NCBI RefSeq assembly: GCF_009834535.1
Contig: NC_045697.1
Location: 74,774,001-74,838,000 of the forward strand
Direction of reading: 5' to 3'
From: Camelus ferus
Lineage: Eukaryota
DNA: 64,000 nt
A program made the position numbers and the translations under genes. Positions 26,723-41,212 of this stretch are shown here, one piece after another (within the stretch, counting starts at the first letter, position 1; each line of letters starts with the position of its first letter). The notes under the pieces are model-generated. The model made no database searches. It was not told the DNA's origin and was given only the letters and a program-made list of their open reading frames with translations.

Positions 26723-27898
26723 AAAATGATTAAGAGATGAAAGAGTGAAAAACTCAGATATTTTATTACCAAAGTGTATCCAAGACTAAATTCTGTTACG
26801 TGCTACAGCATGGCCTTGACAGTTCATTAGATAATGTTTTAACTTAAATAACAAAATGTTTCCCTAGAAAATGCACTGCCATGAGTTTGATTACTTCACA
26901 TTTGAATTTCATTATCACTCTTGTCTTCACTGGGAAAGATCATTCCTTCTTTTCTCCAGAGAGCATACAATAAGTAACTTTATGCCGTTCTGATAAACTT
27001 ACACAGTTTACAGGAAGAAACTTCTAGTTAGAAATTCAAGAAGCCAAAACCAAAAATTTCATAACCCACAGGGATAAAATTTCTCAGAGAGAATATGGTA
27101 AATTTCTGTATACTCATTAATTTTCTCGCTCCAAAGAAAACCATTTGCTCTAAGTGGTGATCATTTTCTGTAAAATCACTTGCATGGAAATGGAATGGAA
27201 AATACACATAAGAAAATCTGAGAAACACTCTCTCCTTTCTATATTTTAATCACTGTCCCCATCAAAGTTTTGCTTCACAAATGATTTTGAGTCTCTGATA
27301 GAAATCACTTAGTTGAGTGAAGTGAATATTTAAAGGCTGAAGAAATATAAAAACAATTTTCTGTGTGTGTTCTCACTTTCAGTTTTCTCTTTTGTAAAGC
27401 GAAATGAAACCAGTTGGAAAAATATGAGAGTTAAATATATATATATTTATATTTTGTTTGTTTGTTTGTTTGTGTTTGTTGGAGTCTTTGCTGTGGTTCA
27501 TAGGATGTTCTCATTTTTCTTTTTCCTGATTGGGCTCAGATTTGAAACAAACTGTGCTTCCAAAGTTCAAGCAACACACACACACACAATCACTTACATG
27601 TGCTTACATGTTTTTAGTTCCCCATTTTCTGTAAAGGAAGTAAAAATAATGAGTTTGCTAATTTGTATTTTGCATACTATAAAAATTTAGCTTTTAACCT
27701 CAAATATAATCTAATGTGAAGTTATTTTAAATGATTCTTTAGATCCCCTTTTACCGCACCCTCATATGAAAACTAACATAATACAGTCTTTATTGTGGTT
27801 TGAGTTTTATTCCTGCTTAAATTCAGAGGCTAATTAATCATATAGAAAGACTTTTGAAAAAATTGTTGCTGTTCAAAATCCTTGAGGAAAAATCTTTT

Positions 27899-30384
27899 TT
27901 CTTTAATTTTTATTATAGTTGAACACACATGAAATATACTATCTTAACCATTTTTAAGTGTACTGTTCAGTGACATTAAGTATATTTTTATTGTTGTATA
28001 ACCATCACCACCATCCATCACCAGAATTCTTTCCATCTTGCAAAACTGAAATTCTACACATGTTAAACAGTAACACCCCATTCCTCTTTCCCCAACCCTG
28101 TAACAACCATTCTGCTTTCTGTCTCTATGGTTTTGACTACCCTAGGTACCTCATATAAGTGGAATCGTACAGTATTTGACTTTTCATGACTGGCATATTT
28201 CACTTAGCCTAATGTCCTCAAGGTTCATCCATGTTGTAGTAATGTCAGAAGTTCCTTCTTTTTAAAGAATGAATATTATTTAATTGTATACTTCTATACC
28301 ACACGTTGCTTATCTATTCATCTGTCAATGGACACTTGAGTTGCTATTGTTAATAATGCTGCTGTGAACGTGGGTGTACAAAATATGTCTTTGAGACTCA
28401 CTTTACTTTCTCTTTTGTATTTGGTTCATTTAGGGCGCTGAAATGTTTTAATTCTCTTTTCATTTCCTTTTGTTTATACTCTATAACTATTTTCTTTGTG
28501 ACTACCTTGGGGATTACCTCCTAAGGTTACAACACTCTAATTTGAATTTTTACCAGCTTAACTTAAACAATATACAGAATCTGTACTCATCTGTAGCTCT
28601 ATCCTCACCACTTTCAGTTACTGATGTCACAGAATTGTATCTTTGTACTTTGTGTGTCCAAAAATATAAACTAATGATTTTAATGCATTATTCTCTTAAA
28701 TTATGTAGAAAATAATATGTAGAGTTACAAACCAAAGTTATAATAATACTAGATTTTGGACTAATTGTATTTTAAATGTGTCAGTCTCTTAAATCACATA
28801 GAAAACAAAAAGTGGCATTACAAACCATTATTACAATAATACAAGTTTTTGTAATTACCCACATATTTACCTTTCCTGAGATTTTTAATTGTTCATAATG
28901 TTTCTAGTGTCTTTCCGTTTCGACATGCAAAACTCTCTTTAGGATTTCTTGCAGGACAGGGCTAATTGTAACTAATTCCCTCAGCTTCTGTTGATTGGGG
29001 AAGATCTTATTTTCCACCTCACTTTTGAAGAATAGTTTTGGTGGAAAAAGAACTCTTGGTTGACAGTTTTCTCTTTTAGCACTTTGAATATATCAAGTTA
29101 ATGCCTTCTGGCCTCCAAAGTTTCTGATGAGAAATCTGTTAATTATCTTATTAAGGATCTCTTGCATGTGATGAGTCAATTCTCTCTTGCTGTTTTTAAG
29201 ATTCACTTTCTGTCTTTGTCTTTGGCAGTTTAATTATGTCTTGGTGTGGGTCTGTCTGAGTTCATTCTATTTGGAATTTGTTGAGGTATTTGCATGTTTA
29301 TATTCATGTCTTTCACCAAATTTGTTAAGGTATTTTTTTTTCAAATTTGGTAAGTTTTGAGCCTTTATTTTCTCAAGTAATCTTTCTGCCCCTTTCTGTC
29401 TCTTCTTTCTGATTCTTCTATGATGCATATGTTGATTGGTGGTGTCCCACAGATACCTTAGGCTCTTCCCTTTTCTTCAGTTTTTTTTTCTTTTATTTCT
29501 TTGGACTTGATCGTTTCAATTGTCCAGTCTCCAAGTTTGCTGATTCTTTCCTCTGCCTGCGCAAATCTGCCTTTGAATCCCGAGCGAATTTTTATTTCAA
29601 TTGTTGTACTTCTTTGTTCTAGAAATTCTTTTTAGGTCCTCTAGCTCTTCATTGATTTTTCCATTTCGTTCATAGTGTTTCCTTGACTTTCTCTATGTCT
29701 TTCTTTAGTTCTTTGAGCATTTTTAAAACAGTCATTTCAAAGTCTTTGGTAGGTCTGCTATCAAGTTGTTGTCAGAAACCAGATGGACATTTCTCTGGGC
29801 ATGCATGGTGACTTTCTAATTTCTCTTGTATGTTCAGTTGCTTTTGAATGCCCTAATCTTTTATACGTGGCTCCCAAAGGGGGAAAAAGCAAAAATGAAG
29901 GGGAAGGTGGAAGTGGCGCCAGCCCTTTAAATTCTTTGGAAGTCACTTTAGCCAGTGTGGCAAAAGTCTGTAACAAATGAATGGTGGTGGTGCATTGATG
30001 GCTGCCTGCCTCTACGTCTGCACCTCTGTGATCAGAAGCAGCAATCAATGACCACAGTGTAGATCCCAATATTTGGAAGACAGGGTTCTTATTGCCCACA
30101 CTGGCTCTTACAAGCTGCATGTGTATAAACGGCTCTAAGAACACATGCACAGCTGCCTTCAATAAATTAGAGGTGAGGGATGGGTAGCCACCACTGAGTT
30201 AAGAGCTGACAGTGACAGAAATTAAGCACAATTTATTGTCTAAGCCTTCACTTGGAAGTTGAAAGGCTTCAACAGACTCCAGAATTCCAAGAGTTATATC
30301 AGGCAGATTCTGCCAGTGCAGTTGTCTAGATGGGAATTCAGATTCCTGATGCATTCTACTCCATCATCTTTTCAGATTGCTCCT
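27899..30384 (-). mobile_element. Internally deleted L1 (L1MB-like) with both ends and TSD
   Basis: 3' UTR/ORF2 end 27899-28410, inter-ORF/ORF1 ~28420-29760, 5' UTR ~29860-30384 (minus: aggagcaatctgaaaagatgatggagtag). Flanks are GGAAAAATCTTTT (27886-27898) and GGAAAAGTCTTTT (30385-30397). Confidence 0.85.
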
Positions 30385-31549
30385 GGAAAAGTCTTTTATA
30401 TTAAAAAATGTATATAATATACCCTTAGCTAATTGGTTCAAATCATATTTCTCATAAAAATCAGTACATTATGTATTTCAATAGACAATTTCTTTTCATG
30501 CTTCGCACACATAGAGATATATCTTTCAAAGACTTTTCAGGGATTAAATATTGTAAGTTATTTTTCCCAAATATGATGATAAAGGCAGAACTGTTTAAGT
30601 AACATTGTTATCAATATTTAATTAAATAAAAGTTAAAAACTAACTGAAGTAAAATTGAAAATAAATGTGAAGATGTGTACTATGAACTAATGCGTAGGTG
30701 TGTGTTATAAAGAGGGGTGATTATGAAGAAAACTCTCCCTTCAATTTATTTAAATGATTAAATAATAAACAGTGATCAGTAGGTCTTGTAGCCAAATCAG
30801 GCACATTTTGTTTTGTTTTGTTTTGGAACATACTTTATTTCACAGAATGTAATTATTTTTGTGTATGAAATCTTATTTACCCTTTCCCATATAGACTGGA
30901 ATCATAAACTCAAACATTTCCTTTGAACTAGAAGACACAGCTTGTTTCTTATGATGTAACAGAATTAAATAAAACATGAGGCATTTCTAAAATAAAAAAG
31001 TACAATAATAATTTAAACCCTAGTCTAGTAATATTTCAAGCAAGGGCATAAGTCATGGTTGTACCCACATTTATTAATGATAAGGCATTGCTTAATACTA
31101 ATTTATTTATTCATTCATCCTTAGATTTAACAAAGTGGTTTTTATGCTTATTATCTGATAGGTATTGTGCAAGGAGTTGTGTGTGAGTGTGAGTGCCAGA
31201 TAAAATTGAGTATAGGTGAGCCTTTCTTTCCCATACTAAACTTTCAAAAAACCTACACTTTTCTGACTTATTCATTGATATTCCCAAAACATCATTCTAA
31301 AATTAATTTGGATTTGGACATATACATTGATAAACTAATCCTACAAAACATGCAACTCAGTATTCAACATTCTCATCTTTAACATCTGATATTTACAGGT
31401 GTGAATTATATATAAAAAAGTGGGGGACTGCCATTAAAACAGTCCTACAACCATTGTCATTGTTTATTATCTGTATACAAGATTGGATTTATATTCTAAG
31501 AATTGAAGTGAGAAGAAATGTATAAAGAGGGTAGTGTAGGTTGAGTCAT

Positions 31550-31800
31550 GATAATAGTAGCAACTAACACTTCTATAGTGCATACTCTTTGGCAGACACC
31601 TTTTAAGGACTTATCCATATGAAATTATTAAATTCTTAAAGCAATTCTATGAGACAGGAGCTATTACTACTCCCATTTTACATGTGAGAAAATTAAAGTG
31701 CAGAAAGATAAAGTAACTTGTCCGAGGTTACGTAGGGTAGGATATTGTGAGTTTGGGGATTCAAAATAAAGCAGTCTGACTCTAGACTTTCAACTCACTT
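31550..31800 (-). mobile_element. MIR SINE
   Basis: ctcccattttacatgtgagaaaattaaag...agtaacttgtccgaggttac...gcagtctgactctaga. Confidence 0.85.
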
Positions 31801-31879
31801 TTGGCTAGGATGACCAGAGAGAACTTCGTAAAATCAGACTCTAAACAAGAAACTAAAAAAAAGTTTTCGCTTAAAAACT

Positions 31880-32051
31880 GTATTTAAATTTTTAAATTTT
31901 GAAAGAATTTTAAGACTTACAGAAAAGTTACAAAAATAGTACAGAGAATTCCCCATATACCCTTCACTCAGTTTTTCCTGATGTTAACATTTTATATAAA
32001 TGACCATAGCACGTTTATGAAAATGAGGAAATGAACGTTGATGTAATACTA

Positions 32052-32092
<41 letters not shown>

Positions 32093-33850
32093 CACACACA
32101 TATATCTATATGGAGAGAGAGAGCTGATTTGAATTTTATCAGTTGTCCCAATAACATCATTTGTTCTGGTCCAGAATCCAGTCCAGGCTCCCATACTGCA
32201 TTTAATTGTAATATTTACTTAGTCACCTTCAAATTATGGAAGTTCATTAGTCTGTCTTTGTCTTTTTGTGACCTTGATACTTTAAAAGAATAGTTGAGAT
32301 TAGTTATTTTGTAGAATGTTTTTCAGTTTAGGTTTGCCTGATATTTTCTAGAATTATATTGAGATTGTTTGTTTTTCGCAATACCACGAAAGTGATATGT
32401 CCTTCTCAGTGCATCTTATCAGTAGGTATCTGATGTTGATATATCTTCTAATTGGTTGATACTAATCTTGATTACTTTCTAAAGACAATGTCTGCCTGTT
32501 TTCTCAAATGTGAACTATTTTTTTTTTCCTCTAGAAAGATACTTTCTAACAGAGACATACTTACAAGTTCCCTGGTATGTAACTACTTGTTTTTCTCTTG
32601 CTGCTTTTAGGAGTCTCTCTTTGTCTTTAATTTTTGAAATTTTTAATTGTAATGTGTCTTGGTGTAGACCTCTTTAAGTTCATTTTATTTTGGATGTTCT
32701 GTGCTTCCTGGTTCTTGATGTCTGTTTCCTTCCCCAGGTTAGAAAAAAATTTTAGCTTTTATTTCTTCAAATAAGTTCTTTGCCCCTTTCTCTCTCTTCT
32801 TCTTCTCCTGAGACTTCTATAATGCAAGTATTAGTATGCTTAATGCTGTATCTGAAGTCTCTTAAACTATCCTTATTTCTTTTAATTCTTTTTTTTTTCT
32901 GTTCAGTTTGGGTAATTTCCACCACTTTTTCTTCCAGATCACTGATTCATTCCTCTGTCTCATCTAATCTGCTGTTGATTTCTTCCTGTGTAATTTTTAT
33001 TTCAATTATTGTATTCTTCTTTATATTTTCTGACTTGGGGTAGAGATTCTCACTGTGTTTATCCATTCCTCTCCCAAGTTCAGTGAACATCTGTATGATC
33101 ATTACCTTGAACCCTTATCAGGTAGATTGTCTATCTCCTCTCTGTTTAATTCATTTTCTAAGGTTTTGTCTTGTTCCTTTGTTTCTCATATATTCCTCTG
33201 TCTCCTTACTTTTTCTAATTCTCTGTGTTTATTTCCATGTATTAGGTAGGTCAGCTATGTTTCCCAATCTTGGAGAAGTAGCCTTATGTAGGAGACGTAA
33301 TATAGGGTTCAGCAGCATGCTCCCCTGTTGTCACTGCAGCTGTGTGCTCTAGGGGACCCTCTATGTAGGCTGCATACCCCCTTTTACTGTGGCTGGATCA
33401 GTTACTGTAGGCATGCTGTATGTGTGACTGGCTTCTGGCCTGGTTGCCACCACAAGGTCCTGTCTTGGGTGGTGGCTGTGGGCCCACTGGAGGGTGGGGC
33501 AGGTTTCCTGTGCAGCCCAGGTGGGCATGGGGCTATTGCCTGCTGTTGGTGCACAGAACTAGATTCCCGTGAGGCATAGCCTGGGGTATGCAACACTGTT
33601 GCCAGCCTGCTGGTGGGCCAGGTCTCTACATAGCTGGCTTCCTGCAACAATCATTAATGTGGTACTTACTTAATAATGATATTTTCCTAAGGAATAGCTA
33701 TTTCTTTTGCCCTTTTATGTATTTCTTTATTCATATTAGTATGCATGATAAACTAATACAATCATTTACCTACTTGCTCAAATTGTTCCAGCTTTGACTC
33801 TTGATAGTTTCCGTGTATTTTTACAAGTCTTCGTTATTTTTTGAGCTCTT
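31880..33850 (-). mobile_element. L1MC-like 3' fragment (31880-32520, 33650-33850) enclosing an L1 ORF1/5' fragment (~32580-33650)
   Basis: gacttacagaaaagttacaaaaatagtacagagaattccccatatacccttcac (L1MC 3'); ttttctcttgctgcttttaggagtctctctttgtc...atgtgtcttggtgtagacctc (antisense ORF1). Confidence 0.75.
32053..32122 (+). repeat. (TG)n compound microsatellite
   Basis: About 18 TG units followed by short CA/TA/GA runs. Confidence 0.95.
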
Positions 33851-34304
33851 CAGACTTTTGATAGAAGGAAATCAAAGCAGTATTTTAGTAAGATCAGCCT
33901 GGATGTAACAGCTAAGAAAATTCCTTTTATATTTTTAAACTTTCCATAGCAAATATAATTCATCACATATTTTTCTCACAAAAAGCAATACCAATAAGAT
34001 TGTTATTTTTCAATTATAATTAAATATTTTTTATACCTCAAAGCTGACTTGGACCTAACCTAACTAACTCCAAGGTTTACTTATGCTGCAAACTAGTACT
34101 GGGTTGGATGGTTCTCCCTAATGGGGAAAATAAGACATAAAAATTTTTCTGATTTATAGATGCATTGTGTGCTGCTTTCTTGCCTTAATCTAGCTATTCC
34201 ATTGGAGTTCAACATATATTAGCAAAATTCACTTTATGTAAAGCATAGGCCATGAACAGGGAGCACCTTTAGCCACATCAAGCCCTAAGTAGGAAATTAA
34301 AAAT

Positions 34305-34950
34305 TTAGTTAGCAAACATTTAATGAGTGCTCCAAGTACTAGGCATTGTGCCAGGCACTATGCATTAATAAAGAATATATTTGAAAGAAGTTGGGAAATT
34401 AGGAAACAACATTTGCTTTAAAAAAAGGAATCAGAAACAATGGACCTATGGGAAAATAGAAAATAACAACTGTATATTTCCTTTGTCAAGGGGCTCATAA
34501 ACATAGAGAAAAAAGGTAATGATATAATAGAAATATTATTGAAAAGTATATGGTATTCTACACATATTTGAAATGATACAATGTAATAGAAGTATTGACG
34601 AAGAGCTGTGAGAATCACAGAGCAACTAATTCTACCTGTGAAGAAAATAAGTAGTGTTAGAGAAAGCTTTGGGGTTCAGTGGGCATTTTAAACATAGGAA
34701 TTCACTTGGTGAGAAGGAAATAAGGACTTTCCAGGTTGAAGCAAAGCTTGATCAAGGTCACATGTATAAAGGAGAATAGAATTAGGGAACCTCTGGGAGA
34801 CTGAAACTCAAATTACATTTGTTAGCAGAGGAGTGAAAACAACGGGAGTGGTAGGTAGGAGCCAGGATATGATGTATCTTATTGACCATGGTAAGGAGCT
34901 TGGCTTTTTCTCGGTCATTGACATTTTTTGAACAGTTACATTAAGACATT
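34305..34950 (-). mobile_element. L2 fragments
   Basis: agcaaacatttaatgagtgc...aggcattgtgccaggcact; gaccatggtaaggagcttggcttt. Confidence 0.6.
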
Positions 34951-36055
34951 TTTGTGCTGAAAGGATAAGCAGAGCAAAATGAAAGATGGAGAGATTCTAT
35001 GTTATTATCCCAAGCAGGCTATTGAATCAAACACGTAGATCTCATTTCTGGCTCTGTTTATCTTGACCTTCTCATATTATTCTGTAGTATTCCTTTTCAG
35101 GGGAAAGATCTTAGGAAAGGTGGGAATTGAATAAGATTGAATATAATAAAAAAGACAGCATTCTCCACATTCAGTGTTAGAACCACATTGTCTGTAAATC
35201 ACAATATTTTTGTCATGTAAAGGTAATGCATCTGATTTTTGGTATAGGAGTAAATATTTTGATTTATATATGTATCTGGAAAACTATACGCAGCATGCAT
35301 CTAAATTATTGAGGAATTGACTGATTTTGGAATCTCCTCTTCAATTAAATATAATCTTAACTTCCTAATCAGTATCTTTCAGAAAATGACATGGCTTATA
35401 TTCTTTATAAGTACTAAATACAGAACAAGTTAACCCTTTGTAAACTAAAGTATATATAAGTACTGTTGGCTTAAATTTTTTTTAAGAAATTCTTTTGTTA
35501 GAAAAATACTTTTTCATGTTAGAACTAAAATATCCAAGTGTGACTATAAAGTATTTTTGAAAAAAAAAATCCACATTTTGCTGTAAGAGCATTTAATGAA
35601 TGGCTTTACTTTTATGTATGATTTGCCAAAAGGATACTGAAGTTAGTAGAAATACTTAAAATCATCAAATAATTTGAAATAGGCCATCTTATCAATGATT
35701 GAAGCATCAGAATAATAATGTTTATATTATCTTGGATCTCCTATTGTAGTAGAATTTTGGATAACTTTTGAAACAAGAGTTATAGATCTCTTATTTACAG
35801 AAAATGAATAAATCAATGAACTGAACATATAAATAAAAAATCAATGTGCACTACTAATTGTATTTTATAAAATTTCAATTAGGCCAAACTCTATGTTTAG
35901 AAAATAAAGCGAGACATGTCTAGAAGAACTTCTAATTAAAGTTTGTATCCAAAGTTCTATCTTTGAGAGTAATGCATGAAATTCTGAATGTAATAGTTTT
36001 TGACTTAAGCCAATAAGTTAAATAACATTAATTATTCCTGCCATTTGGGATGGCA

Positions 36056-36188
36056 TTTATAAATATTTATATATTTACATATATTTATATTTATAATATA
36101 TATAATTTATGTTATATAATATAATATATAATATATATAATGTATATTATATATAAATATATAATATACACACACACACACACACACA
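36056..36188. repeat. (TA)-rich low complexity plus (CA)n
   Basis: Direct reading. Confidence 0.9.
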
Positions 36189-39100
36189 AAATTTGGGATT
36201 ATTAGGATTGAAACCTAAAACTTTGAAAATATTTATAGGCTGCTACTTTGATGCTTTTTGGAATTTTGAAAGGCAGATTGGTATTAAATCACCAATTTTC
36301 CCCTTGGATTCTGAATTCCTTTATTTGACCAATGTCTCTAAAGGAAAATTTTTAATTAGCAGTAGTGAAAAATTGTATAATTGTACTGTAGTAAGTCAGT
36401 AAATCTGTGCTTTGGTGGAGTGAATGAAAATGCATAGCATCCTTAACAATTTATGCAAAGTATAGCATATTTTGGGAAACCATGGATAGATTAATAGAAG
36501 GATGAGTTAATCCTTTGGAGTTCAGAGCCGTAGATGCTCACTGAGTGTAGGAGAGACAATAAATATGTTGAATTTTTTTATTTATAGGTTCTTAAAGCAC
36601 TTTAGGGTAAACTTAGTTGTATTATTCGTTTGGTCGGCAATCACTTTGACAATATTCTTTAAAAGATTGAAGATCTTCCTCTCACTTGATCCAAAAACTG
36701 CTTCTATGTAATTTTCATTGATAAGGGATCTTAATGAGTTTGGAAGAGTTTGAAATAAACACTATTTTCCTCCTGGTATAATCCAGGTAAAAATAACATC
36801 TGAGAACTATCTTTATTTACCTTCTTCCAAAATGAGAAATGATGACTCACAATAAGCTGTTGTATCACGTGGCTCTAGTGCCTGCCCAGGTTAAACCAGT
36901 GACACAGAAGAAATGTTTCTCTGATACCTGGGATTGCGCTGGGAGAATAATTCACATGCAAGTGCCTGACTGTCATGAGATGGGAAGAGGAGATACAGGA
37001 GAAGATCATAGGGCATTTTGCTTCCCTTCATGTTCCTGACCCTTGCCTGTCATGTTGTGTTCTGTTAATGTGCATTCTGTACGCTGATCAACCTAATCCA
37101 GTCTCATTTTTACTCTCCATTAAAAAAGTCTTTCATATTGCTATCTTTTATTCCCCCTGCTGTAATTTAAGGGCATTTTAACCAATTTTCTCTTGTTTGG
37201 TTCTCAACAGAGAAGAATAGCTAATTAACAATTTCTCTGCAACAAGTCATTAAATTTCCATTTTTCCATGGTAAATAATAGAGCATGACTTGTTTTCATT
37301 CATATCTTGAGTAACAGGAATTTCCTGCCTATTTCATGATGATGTTGAGAGGATTCACCAATTAAATGTGCACAAGATTCTTTAAGCTTCATAGAAGAAA
37401 GTTATTACACAGAAACATAAAATTTCCACTGGGAATAGAAATTAAGAAGAGAATGTCTCTTTTTTACTATGATTACACTGTTAATTTTAGATGTCAAAGT
37501 ATGGTCTTTGTTTTTTGGAATAGGGCTCTCTAGAAAGTGGAAATGGTGCATTAAGTAAGAATGAAATAAAGCCTGTAGTGCTCTTTGCCCTCAATGGGTA
37601 ACATTCTTACTGATTTCAATGATATTTTAAATGATACACAGGATTTTTTTTTTTCCCATCTCAGGCACAATACAGTCTTATTTCATGAATTTTATAAGCA
37701 ATGTTATCTCAGATACACAAAATCAGAAACATGTGCTTTAGGGCTAATAATATTGCTGTTCTGTAAGGTCAGATCCAAAGACTGCGTAAACCTTGGCTAG
37801 TTTAAAATGAAATGGAAGCAGCTGTTGTAAAGAATGTGGTATATAAGCTCTCATTTAAGGTTATATTGTATTTCTCTTATAAATTTTAATTGTGTGTTTT
37901 GAGAGAAAGAATTTTTTAAAGAAATAAAACCTGATTTTGCAAATGTTCTCTAACCATGCTAAAATAGACAGTGCATGAAATCATAAAACTCAACTGTAGT
38001 CTTTTCTCTCTTTTTTACAAAAAGAAGCATGGATTGTTTTTTCTGCAATAGAGTTTCTTTATTTTCTTCACAGTAGATTGCAAAAAGAATTAAATACTGA
38101 GAATTATATTTCAAACCTTATGACTTCAAGATTGCTTTGACAAGCTGGAAAGGAGCAACATTATATATATATATATATATATATATTTAACACTTTCCCA
38201 CCAAATGCAGCTCTGAGCTTAATTACAAACACAATAAATGTATGGACTTAGTGACACATTATCTAGACAATTAATCAACCAGATCTTAAAAGTGGATTGG
38301 TACTGGCATTTTCTTTACTTCAAGTTAAGATTTATGTTGGATATTTCTCTTTTCCATTCTTTTTTTTTTTTTTTTTGTCTTTATTTTTATTTTTCTAATT
38401 ATTCTTGACGTACTGCTAATGTTTGACTCTGGTGTACTGTGAACCTAGATATCCATCTCAGAATTTTTACAAAAGTATGTATTTCTTTTATTACTAGAAA
38501 AAGTAAACACTAATATAACCACCATATCTGTATAGAAGATCTATTTTTTATGTCTATCATTTAATTATTATGAGGGACCTCAAGAATTGAACTAGATATA
38601 TAAACATGGTTGATGTTAATGTTTTGAAGAATGTTTCTGGGATATGAGTGGTGATATACCTCACAATACTATTACTATATTCTACATATGTTGCATTATT
38701 GAATATCTGTTGATATACTTGTGTTAGTAACTGTTTCCTTCTAGGATAATATTTTGAAGATTGTAAGCTCTTAGTTAAATAAATGAATCAACAACAGATG
38801 GAGAATGTGCACTTTATCATTCTGTTTAGCATATTATGTGTAGATGGTGGTCTGCAGTTTGCCCTAGATTGCTCAAGTGCTCACGAGCTAACAGTGTATT
38901 TCTTGATCAATCTAGAAGTAAATAGCAAAGACAGTGAATTAGAATATATTACAGTGATTATGTAGAATACATAGTTATGCTCTGAGTCAAATTAAAACAT
39001 GTGGACAGATAGGTTTACTCAAATAATTTTCTAAAAGGGCCAGGATGGATCATTGTATTCAGTAATTGAAGCCACAACTAAGTAGATTAGTTTCCATGAT

Positions 39101-39489
39101 CCTATTCCATTTTGTTGTTTAAGACACCCATACTCCTAGGGTAAAGTGCTGGACGTAGGCAGGGGAGCAGTAGTAGGTACAGTCTCTCCTCATTTACCTT
39201 TTCCTGATATCTTGGGAGCAAGCTTACCATTCACTCTGCCCTTGATTTTTTGAGTGCTTATAATCAGTTCATCTTGGATGCTCTTTTGGTTTTTATACTT
39301 ATAGTCAGCTTTATCCTAAAGAATGGCATCAAACTGATTCATTAAATATAGATTAAGCTTATCGGGCAGAAGTTTGGGCTTCTAGGGTGTTTGAATTGAT
39401 TTCCTGAATTAAGATGGTAACTTTAGTTTCATATCTTGATAAGAAAGATGTATTTCAAGTATTTTATTTTAAATCCTTAAAATATAAGC

Positions 39490-40725
39490 ATGCGGTATTA
39501 TTACTTGTCATACACCATTCTTGGTACTTGGGAATGTGATAGTGCGCAAAATTTCCCCGAATCTCTGTCCCAGAGGAGCTTGCATACTAGTGGGAGCTAA
39601 TTGAGTGTGGAGTTTAGGTAAATAACACCAAACGGAAATGCGTAAAGAGGATAAAGTTAAAGGTTGAAGGAACAAGTTGCAATTTTAAATAAGATGATTA
39701 GGATGAGACCCCTTGAAAACTTGACATTTGAGCAGAGACTTGAAGAAAGAAATTTATGTGGATATTTATGGGAACTACTTTTCAAGACCCTAAATCTGGA
39801 GCTTATTTATAATGTTGGAGAAATAGCAAGAAGGCCAGAGTAGGGGAGTAGAAGGTGATAAGGTCAGAAAGCTAATACAGACAGAGGGCTAGATTATGTA
39901 GAGCCTGTAGGGCCTTCACATCTATTCATATGGAATAAAATTGTCTTATGTTCTGTCTAGGCCATTGTAAGCACATTGTTTTTTTGTAACTTTGGGTAAT
40001 ATGGAATCATTGAACAATTTTGAGTAGAGAAATGATGATCTGACCTACTTTTATAAAAGGATCAGTATGTTTAGAGAAGACACAGAAGGGAGCAAGTGTG
40101 GAAAAAGGGAAATTATTTGAAAGGTTATTAGCCATCGTAGGAGGTTAGATTACGGTGACTCAGACTAAGATTGTAGCAGAAAATGACAGGAAGTCATCAG
40201 ATTCTGAATATATTTTGAAGGCAGAAACAACAGAATTTTCTGAGAGATTGTTCAGTGTGAAATGGTAAGGCTAGGGATGGAGTGGGTTGGTGAGGGAATA
40301 GCGGGAGTTTGATTATGAACATGTTAATTTTGAGAATACGTTTTAGATACCTAAATAGAAACATCAAGTACTGAGTTTCATGTATGAATCTGGAGTTCCA
40401 GAGTAAAGTTTGAATTGGAAAATTAAATTTGAGAGTCTTTGGCATATAGAGACCTTTATAGTTACAAAGCCGGATGAGATCACCAAAGGAAAGATATGGA
40501 TAGAGAAGAAAAAGGGATCATGGAGTAACCCAAATCTACTTCAGCATTTCAAAATCAAGAGAACAGCCAACAGGGGGTTTTGAAGAGATAAGTTGATGTA
40601 AGAGGAAAATCAAGAGAATGGTATTTTGGAATTGAAGTAAAGCCTGTATGTTAAAGAAGAGGGATAATCAACCAAGTCAAATGCTGACAAAGAAGAGGAC
40701 GAGGACTGTTGTATTTAGTACCATG
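39490..40725 (-). mobile_element. L2 fragment
   Basis: gaggagcttgcatactagtggg; tgacatttgagcagagacttgaag; gattctgaatatattttgaaggcaga; ggatgagatcacca. Confidence 0.8.
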
Positions 40726-40729
40726 GAAG

Positions 40730-41212
40730 TTGTCAGGATTCTCCAGAGGGACAGAACCAAAGGAGGTATCCCTATCTATGTATCTATCTATCTATCATCT
40801 ATCTATCCATCTATCTATCAAAAGATTTATTTTAAGAAATTGGCTTCCTCACAATTGTTTGTGAGGACTTATAAGTCTGAAATCTGCAGGGTAGATCAGT
40901 AATCTAGAGACCTAGAGACCCAGTAAAGAGTTGATGTTGTAGTGTTGAGTCCAAAAGCAAGCAGTATACAAACAGAATTCCTTCTTCCTCAGAGGACCTC
41001 AGTTTTTTCTCTTAAGACTATCCATTGATTGGATGAGGCCCACCAACGTTATGGAGGGTACTTTACTCAGAATCTACTAATGTAAACTTAATCACGTTTA
41101 AAATTATTTCCACAGCAATATCTTCACATTAAATACCTTCATAAAAACTGATGTTTACTGAACAATTGAGTACCAAACCTAGCCTAATTGGCACATAAAA
41201 TTAAACACCACA
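40730..41212 (-). mobile_element. MLT2 (MLT2D-like) ERVL solo LTR with internal (TCTA)n
   Basis: caggattctccagagggacagaacca...gatttattttaagaaattggct...gattggatgaggcccacc...cacataaaattaaacaccaca. Confidence 0.88.

Noticed and set aside
29761..30162. 133-aa ORF and similar ORFs at 33328-33650 and 48155-48845
   Set aside because: All lie within GC-richer L1 5' UTR sequence.
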